Assembly: GCA_963704205.1 (NCBI GenBank)
Contig: CAVPHN010000023.1
Coordinates: 1 to 64,000 of the forward strand
Length of the DNA: 64,000 nucleotides
DNA from: an uncultured delta proteobacterium
Lineage (GTDB): Bacteria > Desulfobacterota > Desulfobacteria > Desulfobacterales > Desulfatirhabdiaceae
Direction: 5' to 3'
The notes under the pieces are model-generated. The model was not told the origin of the DNA. It worked only from the letters and a program-made list of their open reading frames with translations, and searched no databases. Positions 20,556 through 30,235 of this stretch are shown here, one piece after another. Each line of letters starts with the position of its first letter. Positions within the stretch are counted from its first letter, which is position 1. The position numbers were made by a program, and so were the translations under genes.

Positions 20556-21272
20556 TTGAGTTTGGGTAATATCAGCGGAATGGATATACAGACCCCGGAT
20601 AAATCGCAGGTGCGTTTGAAAGGGGTGAAAGATGGTTTCTGGGTCACTCTGGATCCAACACTGTCGAAAGATTTTATTGAAGAAGAACTGACGCGTCTTT
20701 TTAACCAGCTTCAGCATCTGGCATTCAATTCCCGGGTGATTCTGGATATCGGAGAGACGGCAGGTCATCAGGAAGTTGTTGACAGTCTGGCTGTTTTTTT
20801 AAAAAACAAATATAACGTGGGGTCCGTATCAGCGCCGCAGCGGGAACATGACATGACGGAGGACAAGCCTCGAAAACTGGATATGTCCAGTACCTGGCAT
20901 CAACATCACACCGATGCACTGATCATTGCCGGAAGGGTAAGGTCCGGTCAAAAGATCACTGCCAAAAAGCATCTGGTAATACTGGGGGATGTGAATCCCG
21001 GAAGTGAGATTATTGCCGGAGGCGATATTCTGATCATGGGCAATCTCGGCGGTACCGCCCTGGCCGGCCAGCCGGATAACGAAGCGGCTATTATTCTGGC
21101 CATCGGATTCAAGCCCATTCAGATCCAGATCGGTGGCATCATTGCTGCAGGACTGCCGACTTCATCCGCTCAAGCCATCGAGTTCGCCCACATTGAAAAT
21201 GGGGGCATTGTTGTGGAAGATTATATTAAAGCAAATCCATTCGGACGGCTTACGTGGCCGGTGGTTCGTTAA
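20556..21272 (+). CDS. minC: Septum site-determining protein MinC
   Basis: C-terminal beta-helix domain (LIIAGRVRSGQKITAKKHLVILGDVNPGSEIIAGGDILIMGNLGG). Directly upstream of minD and minE. Confidence 0.8.
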   Translation: MSLGNISGMDIQTPDKSQVRLKGVKDGFWVTLDPTLSKDFIEEELTRLFNQLQHLAFNSRVILDIGETAGHQEVVDSLAVFLKNKYNVGSVSAPQREHDMTEDKPRKLDMSSTWHQHHTDALIIAGRVRSGQKITAKKHLVILGDVNPGSEIIAGGDILIMGNLGGTALAGQPDNEAAIILAIGFKPIQIQIGGIIAAGLPTSSAQAIEFAHIENGGIVVEDYIKANPFGRLTWPVVR

Positions 21273-21283
21273 AGAGGTGTTCA

Positions 21284-22084
21284 TTGGAAGGTAAAGTAAT
21301 CGTTATTACGTCTGGCAAAGGCGGTGTCGGCAAAACGACAGCGACTGCTTCTATCGGTGCGGCGCTGGCTTTGGAAGGCAAACAGGTTGCCGTGGTGGAT
21401 ATGGATATCGGTCTGCGGAATCTGGATGTGGTGATGGGTCTTGAAAATCGCATCGTGTTCAATGTCGTGGATGCGGTCAAGGGCAAATGTAAGATCAAAC
21501 AGGCTGCCATAAAGGACCGGCGGATTGAAAACCTGTATCTGATTCCTGCATCTCAAAGCGACAACAAAGATGTCCTGTCCCCCGATGCCATGGTTCGGTT
21601 CTGCAAGGAACTTCGAAAGGAATTTGATTTCGTGCTGCTGGACTGTCCCGCAGGCATCGAAAGGGGCTTTGAGAACTCTGTTGCGCCTGCGGACGAGGCA
21701 GTGGTGATCTGCACCCCTGAAATTTCTTCTGTCCGTGATGCCGACCGGGTCATCGGACTGCTGTATGCGCGATCCATTACGCCGAAACTGATTGTCAACC
21801 GTATCGTTCCGGAAATGGTTGAAAGAGGGGATATGCTCAGCCATGAGGATGTGGTGGAAGTTCTGTCCATCGAACTTCTTGGCCTGGTTGAGATGGACAC
21901 CCAGGTTGTCATATCGACCAATACGGGAATCCCCCTGGTTTTGCAGAAAGATTCAAATGCCGGCCAGGCGTTCCGGCGCATTGCCATGCGAATGAATGGG
22001 CAAAAAGATCTTCCCATAGTCATTCCGCAGACCCACAAATCCTTCTGGAAACGCGTTGGCCGGAAAATCGGCGTCAGTAAATAA
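21284..22084 (+). CDS. minD: Septum site-determining ATPase MinD
   Basis: Deviant Walker A (VITSGKGGVGKTT). Strong MinD similarity throughout. Likely TTG start at 21284 with AAGAGGTG upstream; the ORF track extends to 21254. Confidence 0.9.
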   Translation: MEGKVIVITSGKGGVGKTTATASIGAALALEGKQVAVVDMDIGLRNLDVVMGLENRIVFNVVDAVKGKCKIKQAAIKDRRIENLYLIPASQSDNKDVLSPDAMVRFCKELRKEFDFVLLDCPAGIERGFENSVAPADEAVVICTPEISSVRDADRVIGLLYARSITPKLIVNRIVPEMVERGDMLSHEDVVEVLSIELLGLVEMDTQVVISTNTGIPLVLQKDSNAGQAFRRIAMRMNGQKDLPIVIPQTHKSFWKRVGRKIGVSK

Positions 22085-22093
22085 GGTGATCCT

Positions 22094-22363
22094 ATGCTTC
22101 ATGGATGGTTGAAAAAGCTGATGGGCAAAGGCGACAGCAAAGATGTCGCCAAAAAGCGGCTTCAGTTTGCACTGATATATGACAAGTTGGAAGTATCGGA
22201 CGACGTTCTGATTAAATTACACCAGGATATTGTGGATGTCATTTCCCGCTATTTTGAAATCGACAAGGAAACCCTTAAGCTGGATATTCGAAAATCCGAA
22301 GGCAAATCCGCCCTGGTTGTCAATACGCCGATATTGTCCGCCAAACGGCCACATCCGGCCTGA
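22094..22363 (+). CDS. minE: Cell division topological specificity factor MinE
   Basis: 89 aa. N-terminal MinE-like membrane-targeting/anti-MinCD sequence (LKKLMGKGDSKDVAKKRLQFALIYD). Confidence 0.85.
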   Translation: MLHGWLKKLMGKGDSKDVAKKRLQFALIYDKLEVSDDVLIKLHQDIVDVISRYFEIDKETLKLDIRKSEGKSALVVNTPILSAKRPHPA

Positions 22364-22369
22364 CAGCCA

Positions 22370-22762
22370 TCACCCTTTTCGGTGACGATTCATGTCGGCG
22401 GGGCTGATAATATAGGCGACTTCCTGAATGGTGTTTTTCCCCAGCAGAAATTTGATGTATTCAACAGCCAGAACCGACTGCATCTGATACTGGCTGAGCT
22501 GGCTCAGATATGAACCGTCTTTCATGGTTTCGGCAATCAGCTTTGCGCCTGAGCCGGCATTGTCTCTGTATTTTTGCGACAAGTGGGTGATGTATTTCTT
22601 GACCTTGTCTCTGAGCTCGTCTGCCGAAAATGTTTTGATCACGGAAAATATCTCAGCCATTTTATCCGCTGCCGGAAGATAAGGGTTTTCCAGAATCTCT
22701 TTTACGGTTTCCGAGTAACGTTGAAGTCCTTTATAGATGTGCTGATTCTGAACCATATTCAT
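22370..22762 (-). CDS. Hypothetical protein (130 aa)
   Basis: ORF with no recognisable domain. Overlaps the upstream gene by 4 nt (ATGA), suggesting translational coupling. Confidence 0.4.
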   Translation of the reverse strand: MNMVQNQHIYKGLQRYSETVKEILENPYLPAADKMAEIFSVIKTFSADELRDKVKKYITHLSQKYRDNAGSGAKLIAETMKDGSYLSQLSQYQMQSVLAVEYIKFLLGKNTIQEVAYIISPADMNRHRKG

Positions 22763-23571
22763 ATCCGCCCATCCAGCCCGAAGCCATTTGAAAACGCCGC
22801 AGCGTACCTGACGGATCCTGCACCGTCCTGCTCTATGAATACCGATACGGTATAGGAATCATACATATAGGAATTCACCCATCCCAGCCCCGGTTTGTTC
22901 AGCCCGTTCTGGCCTGAATAGAAATAATCCCAGTTGCCGTCCTTTCCCAGAACCGCTCCTTTTTTGCCCACATCCGAAACGTTTATCTGCTTGGATACGG
23001 ATATCAGGGCAGGGCGGCCTTGATATTTACACAATATCAGGATGCGGTTCAGGTCATATCCATAATAAGCGCCGGTATTCAGATCCGGGGTGATTTCTTC
23101 ATGCTCCACCCCGGAGACCATGACCGGACGATCCAGCACCGCCAGCTTTGAAGCCAAATCCGGGAAGAGCTGATTTTTTCCGTTAATCTCTGTCCAGTAT
23201 GCCAGACGCACCGAAGAGGGTGAGAGAACAAATGGCGGAATATTGGGATTAAACCCGATATCAAGGATGTGCTTGAGATCTTTATGAATATCGAATTCAT
23301 GGTAGGCTGATGAGATGTTTGACCGGTTTTCAGGAAAATATAAGTCATCGTTGTTTTTCGACATCCGGACAAATTCAATGATGTTTTCAATCATAGCGGA
23401 ATCAAAAGTCTGGGAATGCCCGGGTTCAGCCAGGGACAAAAGATAGTTCAGTCCGGGATTAACGGATTCAGGAACCGGGACGTCCTTTCCGGACTTGTCC
23501 GAAGCCATTGCAAACGAGGCAAACGCGGTTAATAAAAAAAGAAATAGATATCGGATCAATGGGGTTGCCAT
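22759..23571 (-). CDS. Hypothetical secreted protein (270 aa)
   Basis: N-terminal signal peptide (MATPLIRYLFLFLLTAFASFAMA). No recognisable domain. Confidence 0.45.
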   Translation of the reverse strand: MATPLIRYLFLFLLTAFASFAMASDKSGKDVPVPESVNPGLNYLLSLAEPGHSQTFDSAMIENIIEFVRMSKNNDDLYFPENRSNISSAYHEFDIHKDLKHILDIGFNPNIPPFVLSPSSVRLAYWTEINGKNQLFPDLASKLAVLDRPVMVSGVEHEEITPDLNTGAYYGYDLNRILILCKYQGRPALISVSKQINVSDVGKKGAVLGKDGNWDYFYSGQNGLNKPGLGWVNSYMYDSYTVSVFIEQDGAGSVRYAAAFSNGFGLDGRI

Positions 23572-23613
23572 GAGAAAAATCCTGTATTAAGCGCTTATGT
23601 TGAAAAAAAACGA

Positions 23614-26268
23614 TCAGACGATGGCTTCCAGTAGTTTCTGAATCCGGGGAAGCTCATTTTCCGAAAAACAATACTGCATTTCCTGAAACCGTTTACGAAA
23701 TGCAGTGACCTGAGACTTGACCGGCTTATTCTGAACAATGACGTCATGCGTCAGTTCCGCCAGCGTTTGAAAATCCGTTTCCTTCATGCCGAAACGTGTC
23801 ATTTCGGCAACCCCCATTCGCAGGGCGCCTGAAGCCGTGAAGCCTTCTTCGTCCGGAGCTGCCTGATAATTCACGATAATGTGGTTGTCTTCCAGCCGCC
23901 TGGCCATTTCCGGCCCCCTGGCATACCCGACCGAGAGAATCACCTGATGGGTTTCGGTAAAGGAGATGGCCGGATCACCCGCCACATTCAGACCGCAGTC
24001 CTTAAGCGCCGCAGCAAATGCCTTGGCATTGTCAATCACCTGTTTCTGATAAGCGGTTTTGAATGCATTCATTTCATAGGCGGCCAGCAGCAGGCCAAGC
24101 AATGTTCCCAGGTGATGATTGCTGACAGAGCCTGGAAATGCCCTGCGCTCGATGGCTTCCCATAGCGGATACCGCACACAGTCCCGGCTGAAATCCGATG
24201 CAATAACCCCTCTCTGGGTGCCGAAAAAAGTTTTATGGGTTGAGCCCGTGACAATATCCGCGCCTTCCCGGAAAGGATCCTGGTAAAACGGACCGCAGAG
24301 TCCCAGTACATGCGCCATATCATATAATAGCACACAATCCAGGTTCTGTGAATCCACAAAAGAGCGGATATCTGCAATCGGTTCCCGGTGAAGAATCATG
24401 CTCTTGCCGAAAATAATCAATTCAGGCTGATAATCCGCGATCATTTTACAGGAAGCAGCCACATCGATCTGATAAGGGTTTTCTTCAAGAACCGGGAAAT
24501 TGATCACCGATGGTCTTTCGGTCTGCGGGTCCCGTGCGACATAATCTCTTAATGCGCCCATGGGCTGGGCGCTGAGATGACCCCCCTTAATGATATGGTG
24601 ATTCAGCACGCGGCGAATCCGGCGCTGTTCGCTTTTTCGATCTGAACGATTGAGATAATCACACAGCGCACTGAATACGCCCGTATTGGCCATCTGACCG
24701 GAAATCGGCCGGGTTTCCACCTGGCTGCATCCAAAATAGGCGCAAAGCTCTTTTTGAAGCAGCTGTTCGACCTTTTCAATGAAGTCCACGCCCTGATAGT
24801 AATAAATATCCGCCTCACTGAATGCCTTCATCTTCTTGTGTTCGGCATATCTTCCGGATGGGTCCAGCACGGAGAGCAACCGTACCAGTTTTGACGGGGT
24901 TTGCTCGGAGGGGATGAGGTTGATGCATTCCAGCCGGCGCCAGAGGCTGTTGCGGGCAGCATCATCAATGAGCGTGTCCACTTTCTTTCGAAGAACATCC
25001 TGGCCGGATGAAAGATCTGTTTCTGTCTGATAAAGCCGGTCGAACAAAATGGCCCTTGCAAAAGGAGGGGCTTCGCTTCTCAGGTGATAGGGAACGATTA
25101 CGGCCCGCGTCATTTTTCCGCGGATATCAACGTTCAGCACATCCCCTTCACAAAGGTCACTGTCCAGAAGGGCAAGCCCGACCGATCGCATGCCTTTTTC
25201 GGCGCTCAGCCGGGACAACATGCCCCGGCCTGTCACTTTCTGATAAGGAACCATTGTGCCGCTGGTGATATATCCTACGGGTTTGTTCCCATGATACACC
25301 TGACATCCGGAACGGATCACCCCTTTATCTGTAAGAGCCAGGGGAAAAATCATGCGGGGTAGATCCTGAATCCGGGAAAAATTCCGGTCCATGATTAATT
25401 TGAGTGCCTGAAACTGACGAAAAAGAGCGGGCTTTCCAATGGAGCCGGCTTTTAAATCGGAAAAACTGACCGCAATCCGGCTTAAGGGCATGGAAAAAAC
25501 GGGAATTTCATTTCCGTTTTCATCTGTTCCCAGTTCGTGACCATAGAGGGGAAGTCCGGCTTCAAGCCGAAGGGTGTCCCTGGCGCCAAGACCTGCGGGA
25601 CAGGCCCCGTTTTCAATCAGAAGCTTCCAGAGAACCGGGGCCGCATGGCCGGGAATAAAAAGTTCAAAACCCAGCGGTTCTCCGGTATAGCCGGTTCTGC
25701 TGATCCAGGTCGCAATGCCCTGAAGCGTTGCCGTGCTCGATCGGTTTTTCAATGGCTCCGGAAGATGGCCGGAATCCATGATTGCAGCAAGAATATCCCT
25801 GGATCGTGGTCCCTGAAGGCTTATCATCCCGGTATTTTCCGTGTTGTCGGTTAATTGGACATCAGGAAAATGGGCAAGCACGGCCTGGAAATGTGCCATG
25901 TCTTTTTCGCGGTTGGACGCATTGACGACCAGCAGATACGCATCCGGAACAAAACGGTAAAGATAGGCGTCGTCGATGGCACCGCCCTGCTCATTGGGAA
26001 TGAGCGTGTACTGGCTTTCTCCGACTTCCAGGCCGGCTGCATTGTTGGAAAGGACATGCTGAAGAAACGCCAGTGCTGACGGGCCGCTGATGTGGATTCG
26101 GCCCATGTGGGAGACATCGAAAATGCCGGCATGATTTCGGGTGGCAAGGTGTTCCTGAACAATTCCTGTCCGATATTGAATCGGCATGTCCCATCCGCCG
26201 AATGCCACCATCTGGGCGCCAAGCTTCACATGCTGATCATGGATAATGGTTTTGAGAAGCGGTTCCAT
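23614..26268 (-). CDS. Fusion protein: glycine-cleavage T-protein (aminomethyltransferase, GcvT) N-terminal half plus serine hydroxymethyltransferase-like (GlyA/SHMT fold-type I PLP) C-terminal half
   Basis: N-terminal region DQHVKLGAQMVAFGGWDMPIQYRTGIVQEHLATRNHAGIFDVSHMGRI matches GcvT. C-terminal region carries SHMT-like motifs (LLYDMAHVLGL; VTGSTHKTFFGTQRG with the PLP lysine; AFPGSVSNHHLGTLLGLLLA). A single uninterrupted 884-aa ORF. AAAGGGGGG SD upstream of the ATG at 26268. Confidence 0.75.
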   Translation of the reverse strand: MEPLLKTIIHDQHVKLGAQMVAFGGWDMPIQYRTGIVQEHLATRNHAGIFDVSHMGRIHISGPSALAFLQHVLSNNAAGLEVGESQYTLIPNEQGGAIDDAYLYRFVPDAYLLVVNASNREKDMAHFQAVLAHFPDVQLTDNTENTGMISLQGPRSRDILAAIMDSGHLPEPLKNRSSTATLQGIATWISRTGYTGEPLGFELFIPGHAAPVLWKLLIENGACPAGLGARDTLRLEAGLPLYGHELGTDENGNEIPVFSMPLSRIAVSFSDLKAGSIGKPALFRQFQALKLIMDRNFSRIQDLPRMIFPLALTDKGVIRSGCQVYHGNKPVGYITSGTMVPYQKVTGRGMLSRLSAEKGMRSVGLALLDSDLCEGDVLNVDIRGKMTRAVIVPYHLRSEAPPFARAILFDRLYQTETDLSSGQDVLRKKVDTLIDDAARNSLWRRLECINLIPSEQTPSKLVRLLSVLDPSGRYAEHKKMKAFSEADIYYYQGVDFIEKVEQLLQKELCAYFGCSQVETRPISGQMANTGVFSALCDYLNRSDRKSEQRRIRRVLNHHIIKGGHLSAQPMGALRDYVARDPQTERPSVINFPVLEENPYQIDVAASCKMIADYQPELIIFGKSMILHREPIADIRSFVDSQNLDCVLLYDMAHVLGLCGPFYQDPFREGADIVTGSTHKTFFGTQRGVIASDFSRDCVRYPLWEAIERRAFPGSVSNHHLGTLLGLLLAAYEMNAFKTAYQKQVIDNAKAFAAALKDCGLNVAGDPAISFTETHQVILSVGYARGPEMARRLEDNHIIVNYQAAPDEEGFTASGALRMGVAEMTRFGMKETDFQTLAELTHDVIVQNKPVKSQVTAFRKRFQEMQYCFSENELPRIQKLLEAIV

Positions 26269-26400
26269 AAAGCCCCCCTTTATTCATAGGTTGATATGCC
26301 GGGTATAGCTCTTTGTCAGGAAAAAACGTGTTGCGTGTGCGAAATGCAACGCTGTTGATAGTGGCGCGAGTTGCTGGCCCATCCGTCACGTCTTCATAAG

Positions 26401-26429
26401 ATAATAGAAAATGCAGGCAGAGGTGTCAA
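26401..26429 (-). promoter_or_regulatory. Candidate sigma70 promoter for the gcvT-SHMT fusion gene
   Basis: On the minus strand: TTGACA (26424..26429), 17 nt, TATTAT (26401..26406). Confidence 0.3.
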
Positions 26430-26479
26430 TCTGAATCTCTGAAAGGGGAGCTGACAATAGACGGTAAATCGTAGAAAAT

Positions 26480-26518
26480 GAAGAGGGGGCTGTCGGCGGA
26501 TGCCGGCAGCCCCTCTTC
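26480..26518 (-). terminator. Rho-independent terminator downstream of htpG
   Basis: Perfect 13-bp GC-rich stem (GAAGAGGGGGCTG / CAGCCCCCTCTTC) with a 14-nt loop. A U-containing tract (AUUUUCUACGAUUU) follows on the minus strand. Confidence 0.55.
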
Positions 26519-26525
26519 GCCTGGG

Positions 26526-28457
26526 TTATACGTTCAATGCGCCGGACATCAGTTCGCCCACCATTTTGGTAAACCGCGATGGATTGTCGAGCTTGCCGCC
26601 TTCACTGATGACGGCCAGATCATAGAGAAGATCGCTGTAGTCTTTCAGTACCGGGTCGTTGCGTTGCTTATCATAAATGGCCTTGATTTTGACCACAAGG
26701 GGATGATCCATGTTCAGTTCCAGAACCCTTTTGACTTCCGGGGATTTCTGGCCCGTGGCTTTCATAATCTTCTCCATATATGCACTCATGTCATAGGCAT
26801 TTCCGGACAGGCAGGAAGCCGAGTCCTTCAGCCGGGTTGACGGTATCACCTCTTTGACTTTGTTTTCCAGATTGGACTTGATAAAGCTGAAAAGGGCATT
26901 GAACTCCTCTTTTTTGCTGTCATCCACTTTTTGAATATCCAGGTCCCCTTTTTCCGCGCTCTTAAAAGGCTTTCCTTCAAATTCTGTCAGAGACTGGACT
27001 ACCCATTCATCGATGGGATCAGCCATCAGGATGACTTCAAAATCCTTTTCTTTCAGCTGCTCAAGATGGGGGCTGTTGAGCAAGGATGTCAGATTCTCAC
27101 CGGTGATAAAAAAAATTTCTTTCTGCTCGGCTTTCATGTTGGCGACATACTCGGAAAGAGAGATCCGTTTGCCGTCAGATTTGGTGGTCTGATACCGGGC
27201 AAGTCTGGCAATTTTATCCCGGTTGTCAGAATCCATATGAATACCGATTTTCAAAATGGATCCAAATTCATTATAGAATTTATCGTAAACTTCCTTGTCC
27301 ATGTTGCCGAGAAGCTCGATAAGTTTTTTGACCAGATTTTTACGAATATTTCTAACCAGTTTGTCCTGTTGCAGGATTTCGCGGCTGACATTGAGATTGA
27401 GGTCCGGCGCATCCACAACCCCTTTGACAAAGCGGAAGTATTCCGGCATCAGATCTTCGCAGTCATCCATGATGAACACCCGTTTGCAGTACAGGTTGAT
27501 GCCATGCTTGTGTTCAGGATTGAACAGATCAAAAGGCACCTGAGAAGGGATGTACAGCAGGGCATGGTATTCGGTGGTGCCTTCAAATTTCATGTGAAGC
27601 TGAGTCAGGGGCGGATTCCAGTCATGGCTGATATGTTTATAAAATTCTTCATATTCTTCCGGAGTAACATCTTTTTTATCCTTGATCCATATGGCCTTCA
27701 TGGAATTGAGGGTTTCTTCGCGAATCACTTTCCGGGTGTTTTTGCCGACAGGCTTGCCTTCCTTATCCAAAAGTTGTTCTGCTTCGGGAATGGGTTCATC
27801 CTTTTCAACATCCATCACGATGGGATAACTGACAAAATCGGAGTGCTGCTTGACAATGCGCCTGATGGTCCATTCGTCTGTGAAATCCGTCTCGTCTTTT
27901 TCTTTTTTCTTTAAATGAAGGGTGATTTGGGTTCCGCGAGACCGCTTGGTGGCTTCCTCGATGGTATAGCTTCCATCACCGCTCGATTCCCAGAGGGTGG
28001 CCTTCTCTTCTCCGGCGGCACGGGTCAGAAGGCTGACCTTGTCCGCGACGATAAAGGAGCTGTAGAACCCGACCCCAAACTGACCGATCAACTCCGGGGT
28101 CAGCGTGTTCTGCTGATGGGTTGCGGAAATCGCTTCCAGAAATGCCGCTGTGCCGCTTTTGGCAATGGTGCCGATGTTTTCCATCACCTCGTTATAGGTC
28201 ATGCCAATGCCGTTATCAAAGATTTCAATCGTCTGTTTGATGCCGTCCGGGACAATTTTAATTTTATACTCCGTGTCATCTCCCAGAATATCGGGCTCTG
28301 TCTGGGCTTTGAACCGCAGTTTGTCAAGGGCATCGGAAGCATTGGATATCAGTTCCCTGAGAAAAATGTCTTTATTGGAATACAGCGAGTTGATGATGAG
28401 ATTGAGAAGCTGCTGAACTTCGGTTTTAAATTGCAAAGTTTCTTTTTTAGAGGACAT
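26526..28457 (-). CDS. htpG: Molecular chaperone HtpG (Hsp90)
   Basis: 643 aa. N-terminal GHKL ATPase signature ([17 protein letters not shown]). Hsp90 middle and C-terminal domains. Confidence 0.9.
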   Translation of the reverse strand: MSSKKETLQFKTEVQQLLNLIINSLYSNKDIFLRELISNASDALDKLRFKAQTEPDILGDDTEYKIKIVPDGIKQTIEIFDNGIGMTYNEVMENIGTIAKSGTAAFLEAISATHQQNTLTPELIGQFGVGFYSSFIVADKVSLLTRAAGEEKATLWESSGDGSYTIEEATKRSRGTQITLHLKKKEKDETDFTDEWTIRRIVKQHSDFVSYPIVMDVEKDEPIPEAEQLLDKEGKPVGKNTRKVIREETLNSMKAIWIKDKKDVTPEEYEEFYKHISHDWNPPLTQLHMKFEGTTEYHALLYIPSQVPFDLFNPEHKHGINLYCKRVFIMDDCEDLMPEYFRFVKGVVDAPDLNLNVSREILQQDKLVRNIRKNLVKKLIELLGNMDKEVYDKFYNEFGSILKIGIHMDSDNRDKIARLARYQTTKSDGKRISLSEYVANMKAEQKEIFFITGENLTSLLNSPHLEQLKEKDFEVILMADPIDEWVVQSLTEFEGKPFKSAEKGDLDIQKVDDSKKEEFNALFSFIKSNLENKVKEVIPSTRLKDSASCLSGNAYDMSAYMEKIMKATGQKSPEVKRVLELNMDHPLVVKIKAIYDKQRNDPVLKDYSDLLYDLAVISEGGKLDNPSRFTKMVGELMSGALNV

Positions 28458-28521
28458 GTCATCTCCTGTTTGAAAAAGGGGTTAAACTGTGATAAAAAAT
28501 TTTAAATGGATTTTTTTCAAT

Positions 28522-28549
28522 ATTATGGGGTGATTTTTTCAATTGTCAA
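28522..28549 (-). promoter_or_regulatory. Sigma32-like heat-shock promoter upstream of htpG
   Basis: Minus strand reads TTGACA-N13-CCCCATAAT, which matches the sigma32 -10 consensus CCCCATnT with 13-nt spacing. About 60 nt upstream of the htpG ATG. Confidence 0.4.
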
Positions 28550-28639
28550 CCCTGAATCCGTAAGGATTTTATCCGGGTGAAGTCATCTTTTATGGGCATA
28601 TTTGTTTTCAACTTGCTGTCGGAACAGGAGGAATAAAGG

Positions 28640-29329
28640 ATGAAAATTCGAACAATGGTTTTGATGTTGTCGGCTCTGCTGCTGGCTGCCGGTTCCGGGC
28701 TTGCGGAAGCCGGAATGAATCAGATTCGGGAAGTGGAAGATGCAATTGCGATCATTCAGGAATTTTCGAGAATACCTGAAAATCAAATTCCTCCTTCCCT
28801 GCTGAAAAATGCTCAGGCCATAGCCGTTATTCCCGGTGTAATCAAGATCGGATTTATATTTGCCGGCAATTATGGCAAAGGCGTTCTGTCCGTCAGGGAT
28901 ATACGCGGTAACTGGACAAATCCTGCCTTTATCACCCTGGCTGGAGGGAGTGTCGGCTGGCAGATTGGGGCTGAGTCCACCGATATTATTCTTGTATTCA
29001 AGTCTATCAAAAGCATAAATGACATCACCGCCGGTAAATTCACCCTGGGCGCGGGAGCATCGGTTGCGGTCGGCCCGGTGGGAAGACAGGTTGCCGCTGG
29101 AACTGACTTGGAGCTGAATGCCGAAATATATTCTTACTCCAGAACCCGCGGACTTTTTGCCGGCGTATCTGTTCAGGGTGCTGCGCTTGAGATGGATTAC
29201 GACAGCATTGCCGAGTTCTATGGCAACACGCAGATTGGCGCCAGGGATATTTTTGAAACTCCTGACCTGAATGCGCCGCAGGTGGCAGCCGATTTCAGGC
29301 AAGTACTGGCAGAACAAGCCCGGCGATAG
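28640..29329 (+). CDS. SYLF (Ysc84/DUF500) lipid-binding domain protein, secreted
   Basis: Signal peptide (MKIRTMVLMLSALLLAAGSGLA). SYLF-like core (AVIPGVIKIGFIFAGNYGKGVL...GGSVGWQIG...FTLGAGASVAVGPVG). Confidence 0.65.
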   Translation: MKIRTMVLMLSALLLAAGSGLAEAGMNQIREVEDAIAIIQEFSRIPENQIPPSLLKNAQAIAVIPGVIKIGFIFAGNYGKGVLSVRDIRGNWTNPAFITLAGGSVGWQIGAESTDIILVFKSIKSINDITAGKFTLGAGASVAVGPVGRQVAAGTDLELNAEIYSYSRTRGLFAGVSVQGAALEMDYDSIAEFYGNTQIGARDIFETPDLNAPQVAADFRQVLAEQARR

Positions 29330-29359
29330 CATGGACAGCGAAATGATGTTGAATATATT

Positions 29360-29587
29360 TTGGATCTTAGAATTACTGGAGGGATGGAATTGTCCGCGGT
29401 AATCTCTATATTGAAAATGGTTGCTGTACTCCTTGCAGCTTCACTTCTGGGGAACTGGTTTTTGTCTGAATTAAAAAAATCACGCGACCTAAAAAAAAAC
29501 TGGTATGCGCCTTATCTGACGCTGCCGGGATTGCTGATCATTGTTGCCTTGTTCATTCCGGTTGTGATATGGGTACTCCAGCGTTAG
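29360..29587 (+). CDS. Small membrane protein (2 predicted TM helices)
   Basis: 75-aa ORF with two hydrophobic segments. The start may be the internal Met at 29384. Confidence 0.4.
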   Translation: MDLRITGGMELSAVISILKMVAVLLAASLLGNWFLSELKKSRDLKKNWYAPYLTLPGLLIIVALFIPVVIWVLQR

Positions 29588-29609
29588 TGGTGTCGTCACT
29601 TGAATCATT

Positions 29610-30200
29610 TTGGAGACAATTATGGCTTTTTCTTTTCAGGATCCAGTATCCATTCAGGAAATTGGCGAGTCCCTGGCAAACTTTTCACTGGATCGTGAAA
29701 GCGTTCTGTTTGCCTTGAGCCGACTGCCGGATGAGCTTTCCATCAACAAGGTTGCAATTGAATATGAGATCCAGCTCCTTAAAATCCTCAGCGTCGGGTG
29801 GGCTATCTCGTACTTCATGGAAGAGCATTCTGAGAAAACCCCGTTGATAAATAAATTCTGGGATGTTTTATTTGAATTCTCAAAGAACCTGTCATGCGTC
29901 ACCTCTCTGACTATCGGACAGGAAGTGGACTATTTCCGGGCCTTGAAAGAACGCATCGATATCTATCTGAAGGCCCTGGCCGAAGTCCCTCATGTCAAGG
30001 ACCCGGCATCTGTGATTGGCCCCACATTTGCCCGGCTTTGTAAAAACGCGGACAACGTTCACGTGATTATGGCCGGGAACCGCATCTTTCATATGTCTCT
30101 TGAAGGGGTGAAATATTTTCTGGAATCTGCATTTGCGAAAGCTGCGGATATTTTAGAGCCCCCCTGTCATGAAGAAAGATACGGCGCTTTGGAGGCCTGA
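29610..30200 (+). CDS. Hypothetical protein (196 aa)
   Basis: No recognisable domain. Same-strand cluster member. Confidence 0.4.
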   Translation: METIMAFSFQDPVSIQEIGESLANFSLDRESVLFALSRLPDELSINKVAIEYEIQLLKILSVGWAISYFMEEHSEKTPLINKFWDVLFEFSKNLSCVTSLTIGQEVDYFRALKERIDIYLKALAEVPHVKDPASVIGPTFARLCKNADNVHVIMAGNRIFHMSLEGVKYFLESAFAKAADILEPPCHEERYGALEA

Positions 30201-30235
30201 AGCAGTTCAGCGATGTCCTATTTACTAAGTTCTTC

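Noticed and set aside
26269-26400. Glycine riboswitch upstream of the gcvT-containing fusion gene
   Set aside because: The 5'UTR lacks the conserved glycine-aptamer cores (GGAGAG…ACCGAAGG). Only a sigma70-like promoter and imperfect palindromes are present.
26931-27914. 327-aa plus-strand ORF antisense to htpG
   Set aside because: It is embedded in htpG, which has unmistakable Hsp90 signatures. Phe/Leu-rich low-complexity antisense artefact.
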